The translations under genes and the position numbers were made by a program. A DNA stretch of 64,000 nt. It comes from Candidatus Latescibacterota bacterium. Its GTDB lineage: Bacteria; Latescibacterota; UBA2968; UBA8231. This document shows, piece after piece, positions 1 to 10,593 of the stretch. The stretch lies in NCBI GenBank assembly GCA_965200315.1, contig OZ241362.1:1792001-1856000 (forward strand), read 5' to 3'. Numbering within the stretch: the first letter of the stretch is position 1; the number at the start of each line of letters is the position of its first letter. The notes below the pieces were generated by a model. The model saw only the letters and a list, made by a program, of their open reading frames with translations. It was not told the origin of the DNA and ran no database searches.

Positions 1-1347
1 CTTATCGAGGCGCTGGCGACGGACGGCGAGCAGGCGACTCTCGGCATCAAAGGCCCGGCGTTGAGACTCCAGCAGGGCGATGAGATCGGCGAGCCCCCTG
101 GAGTAGCGATCTTCGGCCAAGGAGCGCGCTGCCACAGCTTCTTCCGCGGCCGTGGCTAGTGCTCGTTCTTGATCGGCGAGCAAGCCTTCGGCGTTCAGCG
201 CCGCCTCCACCTCGCCGTAGGCTCTAAGTGCGCTCTGCGCGTAGGCAAAAAGCGCTTGCTCGGCCGCGGCCGCAGCCTGATCAACGCCCGCGCGCAGGCG
301 GCCGCCTTGCAGCAGGGGCTGCGCGATATTGCCCACGAGGTTCCAGACCGAGAAATCGCCATCGAGCAAGTCGCGCAATGCGCTCGACGAGCGGCCCGTA
401 GAGGCCGTGAGGCTGATGCGGGGCAACAGGGCGCGCCGGGCTTGGGCCAGCCGGCGGTCAGCGGCGGCGAGGCGGCGGTCAGCGGCCACGAGGTCGGGCC
501 GCCGTTCCACGAGCTGGGCGGGCAGGCCGGCTGGAACCGGGCTGCCGATGGCGGGCAACTCGTCCCCAACCTCAATCCGGGCGCTGGGGTAGCGGCCCAA
601 GATCAATTCGAGCTGGCGCAGGGCAGCATCCCGTTGCTGGCGGCGTTGGGCGAGGGTCGCCTCGGCCGCGGCCAAGCTCGACCGGCCCAAGCGCACGTCG
701 AGCGATGAGCGCAAGCCACGGCGATAGCGATCCTCTATCTGCTCGGTGGAAAGCCGGTAGTTTGCAACCGTCGCCCTCGCCAGCGAGACTTGGTGGCCCG
801 CTTCAACCGCGGCGAAATAAGCTCGCGCCGTCTGCGAGGCCAGCGAGAGACGCGCCGCGCGAAAATCAGCGGCTGCGGCGTCGGCGTCGGCGAGCGCGGC
901 TTGCGCACCAGCGCGCAAGCGACCCCACAGGTCAGCTTCCCAACTCGCGGTCAGATCAACGCCAAAGGACGTGCTCTTGGAGGTCAAGACCTGATCCGGG
1001 TCTCTCCCGGGGATGGGCAGGCCGACGAAGTTCTGTTTGCGCCGTGCGCTATGGGCATTGATGCCGAGTTGAGGCCAGAGCGGCGCACCTGCCACCCGGG
1101 CCTGGGCTTGGGCTTGGGCCAGACGCGCCCCGGCAATTTTGAGATTGTAGTTGTGCTCCAAGGCCAACGCCACGAGGCTGTCGAGGCGCACAGCCCCCAT
1201 ATCGCGCCACCAATGGTCGGCGACAGGGGCCTCTGAAGCCTCGGCCGTCCATTGGTCCGGCTGGGCCAAGTCGAGGGCCGGATACTCGACTTTGGGAGCT
1301 GAAGCACAGGCGAGCAGAAATAGCACCGGGAGGCACAACGGCCTCAT
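1..1347 (-). CDS. NodT/TolC-family RND efflux outer-membrane lipoprotein (3' end runs off window)
   Basis: Not in ORF track because it is open at the edge. Hand translation from ATG 1347 (overlaps upstream stop) gives MRPLCLPVLFLLAC (lipobox) ... SWEADLWGRLR ... PAGLPAQLVERRPDLVAADRRLAAA ... EVEAAL; frame open to base 1. Confidence 0.9.
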   Translation of the reverse strand, partial: MRPLCLPVLFLLACASAPKVEYPALDLAQPDQWTAEASEAPVADHWWRDMGAVRLDSLVALALEHNYNLKIAGARLAQAQAQARVAGAPLWPQLGINAHSARRKQNFVGLPIPGRDPDQVLTSKSTSFGVDLTASWEADLWGRLRAGAQAALADADAAAADFRAARLSLASQTARAYFAAVEAGHQVSLARATVANYRLSTEQIEDRYRRGLRSSLDVRLGRSSLAAAEATLAQRRQQRDAALRQLELILGRYPSARIEVGDELPAIGSPVPAGLPAQLVERRPDLVAADRRLAAADRRLAQARRALLPRISLTASTGRSSSALRDLLDGDFSVWNLVGNIAQPLLQGGRLRAGVDQAAAAAEQALFAYAQSALRAYGEVEAALNAEGLLADQERALATAAEEAVAARSLAEDRYSRGLADLIALLESQRRAFDAESRLLAVRRQRLDK

Positions 1348-2210
1348 GGCAATGCTCCAGGGGAAGCGGCGAAGTCCGCGTAGCGGACTTCTATTTGTGC
1401 GGGGCCGGGGTCTTGGTCTAGGACGAAAAGCGCGTGGTGCAGATCCAAGCACTCGCCGGCTGTCAGCTCTAAGTCGCCTTCTATCAGCAGGCCTGTGCCC
1501 AGCAAGTTGGCGCGGGTAAACCAAGTGACCGGGTACCGCGGGTTGCTCGGGTGATCCATGAGCGCGACAAAGCCGCCGCTTTTCCCGCACGCCCCCACCC
1601 AACGGGCGTGCTGATGCATGATGTTTGCGTGGCCCTCGCGTCCCTCGCTGCAATAGTGGTCGGCTTCGGCAAAGGAAGGCCCCATGCGCAGCACCAGCCC
1701 TGAGTAGCGCGCCGCCCGCGAGGCCCCCATCACCAGCCGGTCGCCGACTGGCTCAATGCGCGTGGATAGCCGCAAGCAGTAGCCACCCTCCGTGCTGTAA
1801 AAACCAAAAGAGCGCGACTCCCGCGCCATGAGCCGATCATGGCCGTCGAGCCAAGAAAGCGACTCAGAAACGCAACCCGCTTCCAAAGCCGTGAAGCAAT
1901 CGTGCCGCTGCATGCCGTGGCTGTCGTCGACGTGTTCGTACTTCTTTGTTTCCGGCAAATACCAACGCCCGCCCCACAAATTCGCGTCGTTGACGTGGAC
2001 CCAGCCGAAGAACAGCCCCGTATGCCAAGCGTGGTCGGGCGGGCGGTACTCCGTAACGAGCTGGCCGGAAAGCGTGTACAGTGGCGCGAAGCAGGGCTTG
2101 GGGGACTCGCTGCGGGGCAGCTCCTCGGTGGCGCGGTACAGGGCCAGCAACTGATCGCCCGCGTGAATTTCAACGCCGAGGGCGTTTTCTCGCAAATCAA
2201 AAGCACTCAT
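1344..2210 (-). CDS. DUF6807 ('PmoA family') protein, probably carbohydrate-related
   Basis: Motifs KPCFAPLYT, PPDHAWHTGLFFGW, YSGLVLRMG, MDHPSNPRYP. Start taken at ATG 2210 (MSAFDL), just after the upstream stop. Confidence 0.7.
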   Translation of the reverse strand: MSAFDLRENALGVEIHAGDQLLALYRATEELPRSESPKPCFAPLYTLSGQLVTEYRPPDHAWHTGLFFGWVHVNDANLWGGRWYLPETKKYEHVDDSHGMQRHDCFTALEAGCVSESLSWLDGHDRLMARESRSFGFYSTEGGYCLRLSTRIEPVGDRLVMGASRAARYSGLVLRMGPSFAEADHYCSEGREGHANIMHQHARWVGACGKSGGFVALMDHPSNPRYPVTWFTRANLLGTGLLIEGDLELTAGECLDLHHALFVLDQDPGPAQIEVRYADFAASPGALP

Positions 2211-2212
2211 AG

Positions 2213-3148
2213 CTATTTCTCCAATTCTCGCTTGAACCATGCAATCGTTCGGCCCAACCCTTCGTCCGGCCCCACGCGGGGCGTCCAGCCGAGGAGGGAG
2301 CGGGCCTTGGCAATGTCGGGCAGGCGCACCCGAGGGTCGTCCTGCGGCAGCTCGCCGAAGGCGATGCAGCTCTTGGCCCCGGTCATGGCGACGATCTTGT
2401 GGGCTAAGTCTAGCATGGTGATTTCACTGGGGTTGCCGAGGTTGACCGGGGTCTTCACGTCGGACAGCATGAGCCTGTAGAGGCCGGCGATCAGGTCGCT
2501 GTAATGGCAGATGCTGCGCGTTTGCTGGCCATCGCCATAGACCGTCAGATCGCGGCCCTTGAGGGCTTGGATGATGAAGTTGGGCACGGCCCGACCGTCG
2601 TCTTGGCGCATGCGTTCTCCATAGGTATTGAATATGCGCGCAATGCGCACATCTGTGCCGTGCATACGATGGTACGCCATGGTCATGGCCTCGGCAAAGC
2701 GCTTGGCCTCGTCGTACACGCCGCGGATGCCAATGGGATTGACGTTGCCGAGGTACTCCTCGGACTGGGGATGCACCAAGGGGTCGCCATAGACTTCCGA
2801 AGTAGAAGCCAGCAGGAACTTGGCCTGCTTGGCCACGGCCAACCCCAAGGTCTTGTGCGTACCCAACGCGCCGACCTTGAGGATGTTGATGCCCAACCGC
2901 TCGAAGTCGGCCGGGCTAGCCGGGCTGGCGAGGTGCAGGATGAAGTCGAGCGGACCATCTACGTGGATGTAGTTGGTGACATCGTATTGAACAAACTGGA
3001 ACCGCGCATGGCCGAGCAGATGGGCGATGTTCTCGGGCCGGCCCGTGAGGAAGTTGTCCATGCAGATGATTTCGCAGCCTTTTTCCAGCAGTAGATCGCT
3101 CAGATGCGACCCCAAGAAACCTGCGCCGCCGGTGATCAGCACACGCAT
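2213..3148 (-). CDS. UDP-glucuronate decarboxylase (UDP-xylose synthase) family extended SDR
   Basis: [34 protein letters not shown] (YxxxK), [26 protein letters not shown]. Confidence 0.9.
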   Translation of the reverse strand: MRVLITGGAGFLGSHLSDLLLEKGCEIICMDNFLTGRPENIAHLLGHARFQFVQYDVTNYIHVDGPLDFILHLASPASPADFERLGINILKVGALGTHKTLGLAVAKQAKFLLASTSEVYGDPLVHPQSEEYLGNVNPIGIRGVYDEAKRFAEAMTMAYHRMHGTDVRIARIFNTYGERMRQDDGRAVPNFIIQALKGRDLTVYGDGQQTRSICHYSDLIAGLYRLMLSDVKTPVNLGNPSEITMLDLAHKIVAMTGAKSCIAFGELPQDDPRVRLPDIAKARSLLGWTPRVGPDEGLGRTIAWFKRELEK

Positions 3149-3293
3149 TGTTTAGGCTCCTTTCGCTGCTGGTGGTCCGGCAATTCGCCGCTCTCTTTAG
3201 CAACATAAAAATGTATTGCTGTCTTGAGGAACTTTCAACCTCGACGCGGGAACGCCGGCCTTAGAAAGATGGAAGACCCGTTCATTTTGAACT

Positions 3294-3324
3294 ATATTTA
3301 TGATTTATTATAAACCATAAATAT
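3294..3324. promoter_or_regulatory. Inverted-repeat operator upstream of vapBC
   Basis: atatttatgattta-tta-taaaccataaatat: 14-bp arms with one mismatch, directly before the antitoxin RBS/ATG. Confidence 0.65.
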
Positions 3325-3335
3325 GAGGCAAAGAT

Positions 3336-3575
3336 ATGGAATCTCTGACTATCCACATGGACGATGCCTTGGCCCAGCTCATACGCAAGAAAGCCGCTGC
3401 CGAGGGAAAAAGTCTAAACAAGACTATAAACGGTGTGCTGAAGGAGGGCTTGGGACTGCAACCGCCGAATCATCGCGCTGACTTTTTGGATCAGTGCGGC
3501 GTGTGGAGCACCGAGGAACGGACTGAATTCGACGCCTTGACTCGCCGCCAAGTAGATCCTGAGGACTGGCAGTGA
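3336..3575 (+). CDS. RHH-type antitoxin (VapB/FitA-like)
   Basis: 79 aa, N-terminal LTIHMDDALAQLIRKKAAAEGKSLNKTI; overlaps the PIN gene (GTGA). Confidence 0.8.
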   Translation: MESLTIHMDDALAQLIRKKAAAEGKSLNKTINGVLKEGLGLQPPNHRADFLDQCGVWSTEERTEFDALTRRQVDPEDWQ

Positions 3576-3961
3576 AGGCCCTGCTCGACACCAATGCGTT
3601 AAGTGCCCTGTGGAACGGCGACAAACGCGTACTCGATGCCTTGGGTCAGGCGGAGTGCGTGTTTATGTCCATCATCGTGCTCGGCGAATTATTCGCCGGT
3701 TTTCGCGGAGGGACCCGGACGAAAGAGAATCGCGCTCGTTTAGCTGGATTCCTAGCCAAACCCACCGTGCGCACGCTCGAATTATCTACCGAGACGGCCG
3801 AGGTTTACGGTCAGCTCAAGGATGAACTGAAGAAAGCCGGTACGCCTGTACCTATTAATGATGTCTGGCTATCGGCTCAGGCCATTGAAACCGGCTCGGT
3901 TTTGATCACTTTTGACAGCCACTTTGGCAACGTGCGAGGGGTCCGCCTGTGGGACCCCTAA
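3572..3961 (+). CDS. vapC: PIN-domain toxin of type II TA system
   Basis: LLDTNAL, VLGELFAG, PINDVWLSAQA, LITFDSHF. Confidence 0.9.
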   Translation: MKALLDTNALSALWNGDKRVLDALGQAECVFMSIIVLGELFAGFRGGTRTKENRARLAGFLAKPTVRTLELSTETAEVYGQLKDELKKAGTPVPINDVWLSAQAIETGSVLITFDSHFGNVRGVRLWDP

Positions 3962-3995
3962 CCGCTCAGCGTTCTTCCGAGTTACTTGGTCGCGC

Positions 3996-4763
3996 CTAAC
4001 CCTGAGAGGTCTCCAGCCCCATCTGCTGATGCTGGCTTTGCAGGGACTCTTGGTATCTCCGCCGGCCCTCCTCATCAACCCTACAACTGACGCCTTCGAA
4101 GACCATGGCAAAAGCACGGCGGTGGCGCTGCGACGAGCGATTGGGATCGGCCCGGTGGATGACTTCGCCGTGGTGGACCACCGCATCGCCGGGCTGCAAA
4201 TGCACCGCAACTTCGCTGGCTCGGTCTTGCGGGCCGTAATCGGCAATGCCCTGCGAAAAACCTAAGACCGCAGTGCGGTTGTGCGGCCGGATGCCCTTGC
4301 GATGCGAGCCGGGGCTGTAGCGCAGGCAGCCGTTTTCCTCGTCAACCGGGTCGAGGGCCAGCCAAATGGAGGCGACGTTGGGCGGCGTGAGGTTGAAGTA
4401 GAAATTGTCCTGATGCGGCGGCGTGGCGTGTTCGGTTTGCGGCGGCTTGTTGAACCACTCGGGCTGGCTCACCTGCGCGGCTTCGCCGATGAGGGTTTGG
4501 GCTAGGGCCTTCCAGCTCGGTTGGTCGCGGTATTCTGAGAAGAAGGCGTCGTAGTCGCCCATGCTCTGTAGTTGTTTCAGGGTTTCGGGCCGGGCCTTGT
4601 CTTGGTAGAAGGCGGCCTGATCGGGCAGGATCGGCACCACGTCGCGGACGTAGCGGGCGACTTGGGCCGTTAGGTCTTTGAGTTCGTCAGGGGGCAGGAA
4701 GTTGCGCACGAGGACGAAGCCGTCGCGGTCATAAGCGGCTTTATAGGAAATGTAGTCGGACAT
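3996..4763 (-). CDS. Phytanoyl-CoA dioxygenase (PhyH) family 2OG-Fe(II) oxygenase
   Basis: YDRDGF, FNKPP, TPPHQDNFY (HxD), WLALDPVDEENGCL, HRADPNRS. Confidence 0.9.
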   Translation of the reverse strand: MSDYISYKAAYDRDGFVLVRNFLPPDELKDLTAQVARYVRDVVPILPDQAAFYQDKARPETLKQLQSMGDYDAFFSEYRDQPSWKALAQTLIGEAAQVSQPEWFNKPPQTEHATPPHQDNFYFNLTPPNVASIWLALDPVDEENGCLRYSPGSHRKGIRPHNRTAVLGFSQGIADYGPQDRASEVAVHLQPGDAVVHHGEVIHRADPNRSSQRHRRAFAMVFEGVSCRVDEEGRRRYQESLQSQHQQMGLETSQG

Positions 4764-5202
4764 GATGGCGCTCCCTTCGGCTCTGCTCAGGGCAGGCTCT
4801 CAGTTTTCGGTCGCTCTGCGAAATGAACTCTCATTCAACCGTATCATTTTAACTAACTTCATCAAAAAATGACAGTCAAGGCGATCCGCTCGCGGACGAG
4901 GAGTTGACGGCGATCCGAGCCGAGTTAGACCGAGCATCCTCGCATCCTCGCCTGTCGGGCACCTAATAGTGCAAGTTGCGGCTTCTCCGACAATTGCCAC
5001 AAGTAGGGTGCCGCTTACTACCGCCGGTTGGGGAGCGATATGTGGCGACGAACGTGCCCCGCACGGGATGCTCGCCGGGATCATGGATTTCGCCCGCCAA
5101 GTAGGGCTTGTTAATCAGGTAGTGGCCACGGAACCGCAACCGGGGATTGCTATAGCATTGCGCTGGCACAATAGGAGCAGTTCGGCTAGTCACCACCGCC
5201 TA

Positions 5203-5800
5203 CTAGACCAATTCCCCAATGTCCCGCCATCCCAAGACGATACCGTGGGCGCGTACCTGACGCTCTTCCCCGCCGTAGATCAGATAGTAGTCCTGCTCCA
5301 CCGGCAAAGCCGCTGCCAATTTCTTATAGTAGCGCAAACCCTTAAACTGGTCCGTGCCCAGCGTCGCGCCCGCCTTGATTTCGACCACCTGCCGCCGGCC
5401 ACCCCATTCGCAAAGCAAGTCTAACTCGTTGCCAATGTTGTCGCGCCAGAAGTAGAGGTCTGGACGGCGGCCCGCGTTGACGTGCTGTTTGGTTATCTCG
5501 GCGATGACCCAATTCTCAAAAATCGCCCCGCGTAAATAGTGGGTGGCGAGTTGGTCGGCCGGCTCCAGCCCCAAAAGCGAGCACCGCAGGCCCGTGTCGT
5601 AGAAGTAGAGCTTGGGCGCCTTGATGAGCCGTTTGGAAAAATTCTCGTGATGCGGATAGAGCAGGAAGGCGATATAACTCGCTTCCAGTACCGAAATCCA
5701 AGCGCGCACCGTCTTGTAGTTGATCCCCAAGTCGTTGCCGAGGCCGCTCAAATCGAGCAACTGGCCAACGCGCCCAGCACAAACCCGCAAAAAGCTACAC
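5203..5800 (-). pseudogene. C-terminal remnant of AAA_14/DUF4143 ATP-binding protein
   Basis: CAGRVGQLL, KRLIKAPKLYFYDTGL, GAIFENWV, YFWRDNIGNELDL, VEIKAG. The N-terminal Walker A half is absent. Confidence 0.75.
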
Positions 5801-5814
5801 CACCTATCCGCAGA

Positions 5815-6200
5815 CGATACCCCTCGAATTGTCGGGAAATCAACCGTATAAAATCGACGGCATCGATACGTGGAACATGCAAATCGCCCCCATTGGAACG
5901 GCACAGCCGGGAGCATATACGTTCGCTACGCCCTACAGCGACTTTGCCTACCGCTTTACGTCGTATGCACCGGGCGAGAAAATCCGCCCGGCAGCCAAGT
6001 CATAGGCCAATGTACTCCAAGGCAATGCACCGCTCACAGCGCGGGCGACTTGCAACATCACTGGGATTTTGGCGACGGAACAACCGCTAGCCAATCGAAC
6101 CCAACTCACGGGTACGAACATTTCGGACAATACACCGCAACCTCACTCAGAAGGCGCGACATCGGCTACAGCACTCGCAATTAACGTAGCTCCCCCAAGC
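5815..6200 (+). pseudogene. Degenerate fragment: DUF5605-like segment plus PKD domain
   Basis: One frame gives YKIDGIDTWNMQIAP; another gives HWDFGDGTTASQSNPTHGYEHFGQYTAT (PKD signature). Interrupted by stops and frameshifts; no start. Confidence 0.6.
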
Positions 6201-6428
6201 TGCAACAGACATCGGCAAATACGCCACATTCTCCGGCTCGCACGACGATCTAGTTTTTCTTTGGGAGAGCGCAGATAGCGACGACGCGATTCTCGACGCC
6301 ATTTGCGCGATCGAAGCGCACAGCCAGCGGCGGTAGGGATTGCCGAGTGGCAATTTACAGCCGGTTTGTTGGCTTGGCGGAGGCGGCACAAAAATTCAAA
6401 ATGAGCAGGGGTGAGTGCAGCAGGGGCT

Positions 6429-7910
6429 CTACTCAGATTCCTCCAGAGTCCCATCATAAGAACCAGCGAGTGCTTCACCTTGCGCTTTGATTTCTTCCAA
6501 GCGGCGCGACAAACTACGCACGGTATCCGGGTGCTTATCGTACAAATTCTGCCGCTCGGCGATATCGTCTTTGAGGTTGAACAGTTCTCCGGGGCAATCA
6601 TGGTCTCTATAGCCCCGCTCCGCCTTGAACCAATCCGGCTCGCGGTTGTCGTCGCCAGAAGGAGCGTCGATAAAGACCCAGTCGTCCTCGCGCAGGGCAA
6701 AGCGGCCCGAACAACTGTGATGCACGGCCGAGCGGCGCACTGGCGCGTCAATTTCTCCCTGTAACAAGGGCAATATGCTAATACTGTCCTCGGCCCCCGG
6801 AGGCAACTCGACTCCAGTCAACTGGACACAGGTGGCCATAAAATCGCCCAATAGAGCGAGCTGGCCGCAGACCGATCCGGCCGGAGTGACGCCGGGCCAG
6901 CGGGCGACAAAGGGCACGCGGTGCCCGCCCTCCCAAGTGTCGCGCTTGGCACCGCGCAAATGGGCCATGCTGTAGTGGCCGAATTGGCGCACGTGCTCGT
7001 AGCAGCCACCAGCCGCGGCCGGACTGCACTCGGGGCCGTTATCGCTGGTGAAGATGAGCAGTGTGTCGTCGGTTAGCTCCTGCTCGTCGAGCGCGGCCAT
7101 AATTTCTCCGACCACCCAATCGACTTCGCAGACAAAATCGCCGTACAGACCTGCCCCGCTACAACCGATAAAGTCCTGATTGGGGACAATCGGCGTGTGC
7201 GGCGAGGTCAGCGGCAAGTAGAGGAAAAAGGGATCGGAGCCAGCTTCGGCGATGTAGGCGCGGGCGCGGCGAACGAATTCGGGGACCATGTCCTCTAATT
7301 TCCAGCCCGGCATCATGGCCCCGGGCAGGCCGAACATCTCCGCGGGCTTTTGCGCGGTCGGGGCCGCAGCCAGCCGGTCCTGTTCAAACCAAGTGTAGGG
7401 CGGGAAATTGGGCACATCGACTCCAAAGTAGTAGTCAAAGCCACACGCTAGGGGGCCACCGCCGATGGGCTGGCTGTAATCGATATTGCGCTCTAGGGCT
7501 AGGCGCTGGTCGCGGTCGAGGCGGCCGATGGGAGCGTCACCGCAGGCTGGTTTGCCGTCCTTGGTCGCCCATTCCCAGCCGAGATGCCACTTGCCGATGC
7601 AGGCAGTGCGGTAGCCTTGCTGGCTCAGCATCTTGGCTACTGTGGGGCGGGCGGCTTCTATCAAGGGCGGATCCCAAGGCCACAGGACGCTGCTTTTGAG
7701 CGGAGTGCGCCAGCAATAGCGACCAGTGAGCAGGGCGTAGCGGCTGGGCGAGCAGACGCTGGAGGAGGCGTGGGCGTCGGTAAAGCGCATCCCCTCGGCG
7801 GCGAGGCGGTCGAGGTGCGGCGTGGGAATTTTGCAACCGGGGTTGTTGCATCCCATGTCGCCGTATCCCATGTCGTCGGCGAGGATGTAGATGATGTTGG
7901 GCTTTTGCAT
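6429..7910 (-). CDS. Arylsulfatase (formylglycine-dependent S1 sulfatase)
   Basis: KPNIIYILADDMGYGD, CSPSRYALLTG, GKWHLG, FTSDNG, WEGGHRVPF. Confidence 0.95.
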   Translation of the reverse strand: MQKPNIIYILADDMGYGDMGCNNPGCKIPTPHLDRLAAEGMRFTDAHASSSVCSPSRYALLTGRYCWRTPLKSSVLWPWDPPLIEAARPTVAKMLSQQGYRTACIGKWHLGWEWATKDGKPACGDAPIGRLDRDQRLALERNIDYSQPIGGGPLACGFDYYFGVDVPNFPPYTWFEQDRLAAAPTAQKPAEMFGLPGAMMPGWKLEDMVPEFVRRARAYIAEAGSDPFFLYLPLTSPHTPIVPNQDFIGCSGAGLYGDFVCEVDWVVGEIMAALDEQELTDDTLLIFTSDNGPECSPAAAGGCYEHVRQFGHYSMAHLRGAKRDTWEGGHRVPFVARWPGVTPAGSVCGQLALLGDFMATCVQLTGVELPPGAEDSISILPLLQGEIDAPVRRSAVHHSCSGRFALREDDWVFIDAPSGDDNREPDWFKAERGYRDHDCPGELFNLKDDIAERQNLYDKHPDTVRSLSRRLEEIKAQGEALAGSYDGTLEESE

Positions 7911-7925
7911 AGCCGGTCCTTTCTT

Positions 7926-8557
7926 TTAGAGGGAAATCGCTACTGATAGGCTGAACTCTCGATCGACGTCCCCGTTCGGTCCGGGAGCACCGGCCCAGCC
8001 GTTGGCCAAGCGGTCGTAGGCCACAATCAACCCGTCGGCTCCCCAAGGCATCAGCGCGGTGTAAGACGTGCTCATAGCGGGCTCCTCTCCGGCCTGCGCG
8101 TTACAGAAGGCGTCCGAAAAACCCGCATCCGGCTCGACCAAGCGGTTGTGATGCACCCCCAGATTTACCCGCTCCCATTTTTCGCCCTGCCCATCGGCGC
8201 ACAGCCAGAGAAACAGGCCCGGGCGGCCACCAGTTATCACTATTGAGCCATTGCCCAACCGAGCTAGCCGCGGCTGCACCGAGGCCATCCCCTCCATGCG
8301 CACCGACGGCGACCACGTCCGGCCTTCATCCGCGCTGATGCTCTTGTGGGGCACCAGTTACCACCAGCATTATAGCTCACAAAAAGATCGGCTGGCCATT
8401 TCCCCTGCGCGACATCAGCGGAGCGAATGCAGGCACAGACTAGCGAGTCGTCGCCGACTTGGTGCAGAGACGGAAACCAAAAATGTCCGGTGGCTTGCCC
8501 CACTTCGACCGGAGCACCTGCCTCGACGAGACCGTTCTGGAGCGGATAATCGATCAT
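7926..8557 (-). pseudogene. BNR/Asp-box (sialidase-like) protein, internally deleted and frameshifted
   Basis: The N-part (…FWFPSL…SYNAGGNW) and C-part (SADEGRTWS…VQPRL…GGRPG…TSYT) are in different frames. The total is too short for a propeller. Confidence 0.65.
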
Positions 8558-8559
8558 AG

Positions 8560-9570
8560 CTATTCCCTTTTCTCAATCCACGTCGGCTCAAAGCGAGCCA
8601 AGCGCAAACAGCCGTAGCGCTCGGCCTCGTATAGACACAAAACCTGTCCGTCGGGAGCCACGGCCAAATCGGAGTACGCCGCCGCACCCGGCTCAAGCAC
8701 TCGCTCTATAGACCAACTGTGCCCTTGGTCCACACTCAGCCGCAAGGTCAACTCGGCGCGCTCGTCGGGCTTACTCGGATGCGCCATGAGCATGCGCCCA
8801 TCGTCGAGACGCACAATGCTGCCCTGACAAGAAGGTTCGGGCAGGGCCGACTCATAGGCCACCGCAGACCAAGTGGCGCCGCCATCGCGGCTGCGCGACC
8901 AGCCCCGGCAGCGGCGTTCGTTGCGACTGCGCAGGGTCATATACAGAAAGCCATCGGCCATTTCCACGGCCTCGCATTCGTCCGAGGCGTCGTGAGTCAA
9001 CTTGGCTCCAGCCCGCCAAGTGTGGCCGCCATCGTCGCTGTAAAAAGCAATGGAAGACTGCACTTGGCCCCAAGTGGGCGGCGGCTGACGCCAAGTGGCC
9101 GGGCCGGGGCTTTCATCGACCCAAGAGGGCACGAGCAAGCGACCGCTTTGCAGTTGGATGCCGTGGCCGGGTCCAGTACCGAGGTAGGTCCACGAAGAAG
9201 ACTTCACCTGAGAGGTAATCTCCACCGGGTCAGCCCAAGCGCGTCCGCCATCGACGCTGCGACTGACAAACACCTCTTGATTGTCCTTGCAAAAGGGCAG
9301 CAACACCGCACCGCGGTCGTGGTCAACTACGGGACAGGGGTTGCCGCAGGTGCGCTCCCCATCGGCGACGATCCGCTGGCGCGGTTCCCAAGTGCGACCG
9401 CCATCGGTGCTGCGGCGCAGGAGAATGTCGATTTGATCGTCGTCGCGGCCGGTGTGGCGGCGCGCTTCGCAAAAGGCCAGCACGGCGCCGTCTGGCGCTA
9501 CGGCCAAGGCGGGGATGCGATAGGTGTGGTAGCCTTCTTGGCCGGAGACGAATAGGTCTTGTATTTGCAC
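8560..9570 (-). CDS. Exo-alpha-sialidase (GH33)
   Basis: YRIPAL motif, multiple Asp-boxes (STDGGRTW, SVDGGRAW, SDDGGHTW, SRDGGATW), AAYSDL, LYE. GTG start at 9570 after AAGGAG. Confidence 0.9.
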   Translation of the reverse strand: MQIQDLFVSGQEGYHTYRIPALAVAPDGAVLAFCEARRHTGRDDDQIDILLRRSTDGGRTWEPRQRIVADGERTCGNPCPVVDHDRGAVLLPFCKDNQEVFVSRSVDGGRAWADPVEITSQVKSSSWTYLGTGPGHGIQLQSGRLLVPSWVDESPGPATWRQPPPTWGQVQSSIAFYSDDGGHTWRAGAKLTHDASDECEAVEMADGFLYMTLRSRNERRCRGWSRSRDGGATWSAVAYESALPEPSCQGSIVRLDDGRMLMAHPSKPDERAELTLRLSVDQGHSWSIERVLEPGAAAYSDLAVAPDGQVLCLYEAERYGCLRLARFEPTWIEKRE

Positions 9571-9599
9571 GGTTCGCTCCTTAAAGCAGCATCGACTTG

Positions 9600-9703
9600 G
9601 TTCCGCAGCGCCAGCCCTCCGGGCAGGATCGCCTAGCCGTGCTCCTGCAAGTGGTCGGGGGCGGCGCGGTGCTGCGATTCGTCGAGGGCTAGTGGGTCCA
9701 CAA
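9600..9703 (-). pseudogene. Possible N-terminal PhyH remnant
   Basis: After a GGGGAGA RBS the frame reads DPLALDESQHRAAPDHLQEHG*AILP, resembling the PhyH N-terminal ..E.GY.IL motif with a stop at Y. Confidence 0.3.
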
Positions 9704-9759
9704 TCCATTCTCCCCAGTTGCGTGAAGGCGTGCTTTAGCGATGAGGTTTTGCTCACTGT

Positions 9760-10593
9760 TTAGGTGAGTTTTTCCAGCACGTGCTCCTCGTAGTACTCTG
9801 CGGAAAAACCGGCCTCGGCGTAGGCTTGGGTGGCCGCGGACCACTGGCTGTAAAAGGTGCGTTGCTCGGGGTCGGGATGTTCGGCCAAGCGCTGCGGGAG
9901 GAGCACCCAATTGGTCAAGGGCTGGCTGGCGGCGCGGCTGTAGTAGTGGTGCAAGGTGCGTCGGGCGCGGGCGCGTTGTCCGGGCAGGCGGGTGTGAAAA
10001 ATGGCAATGTCGTACAGAACCAAGGTGCCGGCCGGGCCGCGGATGGGCACTTCTTCATAATCCGGCCCCAATTGGACGCGGGCCTCGTCCAAAGTCTCGT
10101 AAGGACCGCTGTTGGGCACGACGCAAAAGCAGGGGTCGCCGGCCCCCACGTCGCTCAAGTAGTGAATCGCGCAGACATAGGTGCATTCGTAAGGACGCTC
10201 AGGCTCAGACTCGGTGGTGGGTTGGTAGGGCCGGTCGCGGTGGAAGTGCATCTCGCCGTCGCCCTTGCCAGCGGGCACATCGCGGAAATCGAATTGGGCA
10301 AAGCGAGGTTGGGGTGCCATGATGGTCTGCACTAGATCGTAGGAGACCGCCGGCTGGATAAAGCGATCTAACTCGGGGTGGTGAACCAAAATTTGCCCGT
10401 GCGAAAAGACGCCCAAGCGGTCGGGGCCCCATTCGCGGGGAATTTCCCCTTTGGAGCGATCGACAAAGGCGTTGAGAGTGCGGATGTCGGCGAGTGGTAG
10501 GGCGTCGGCGACCACGGCGTACCTATACTGCTGAAAAAAAGCGAGTATGTCTTCCTTTTTGTCGCAAGCAAAATGGGAGGCTGCGCCAGGCAT
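9760..10593 (-). CDS. PhyH family dioxygenase
   Basis: MHFHRD (HxD), IHYLSDV, FCVVPNS, GPAGTLVLYDIAIFHTR. Confidence 0.8.
   Translation of the reverse strand: MPGAASHFACDKKEDILAFFQQYRYAVVADALPLADIRTLNAFVDRSKGEIPREWGPDRLGVFSHGQILVHHPELDRFIQPAVSYDLVQTIMAPQPRFAQFDFRDVPAGKGDGEMHFHRDRPYQPTTESEPERPYECTYVCAIHYLSDVGAGDPCFCVVPNSGPYETLDEARVQLGPDYEEVPIRGPAGTLVLYDIAIFHTRLPGQRARARRTLHHYYSRAASQPLTNWVLLPQRLAEHPDPEQRTFYSQWSAATQAYAEAGFSAEYYEEHVLEKLT

Noticed and set aside
1344-2210. 'PmoA family' as methane monooxygenase
   Set aside because: Soluble protein with no TM helices and no pmoB/C; the family name is misleading.
4963-5196. 77-aa ORF downstream of the DUF4143 remnant
   Set aside because: No recognisable family; cannot distinguish a remnant from a spurious ORF.
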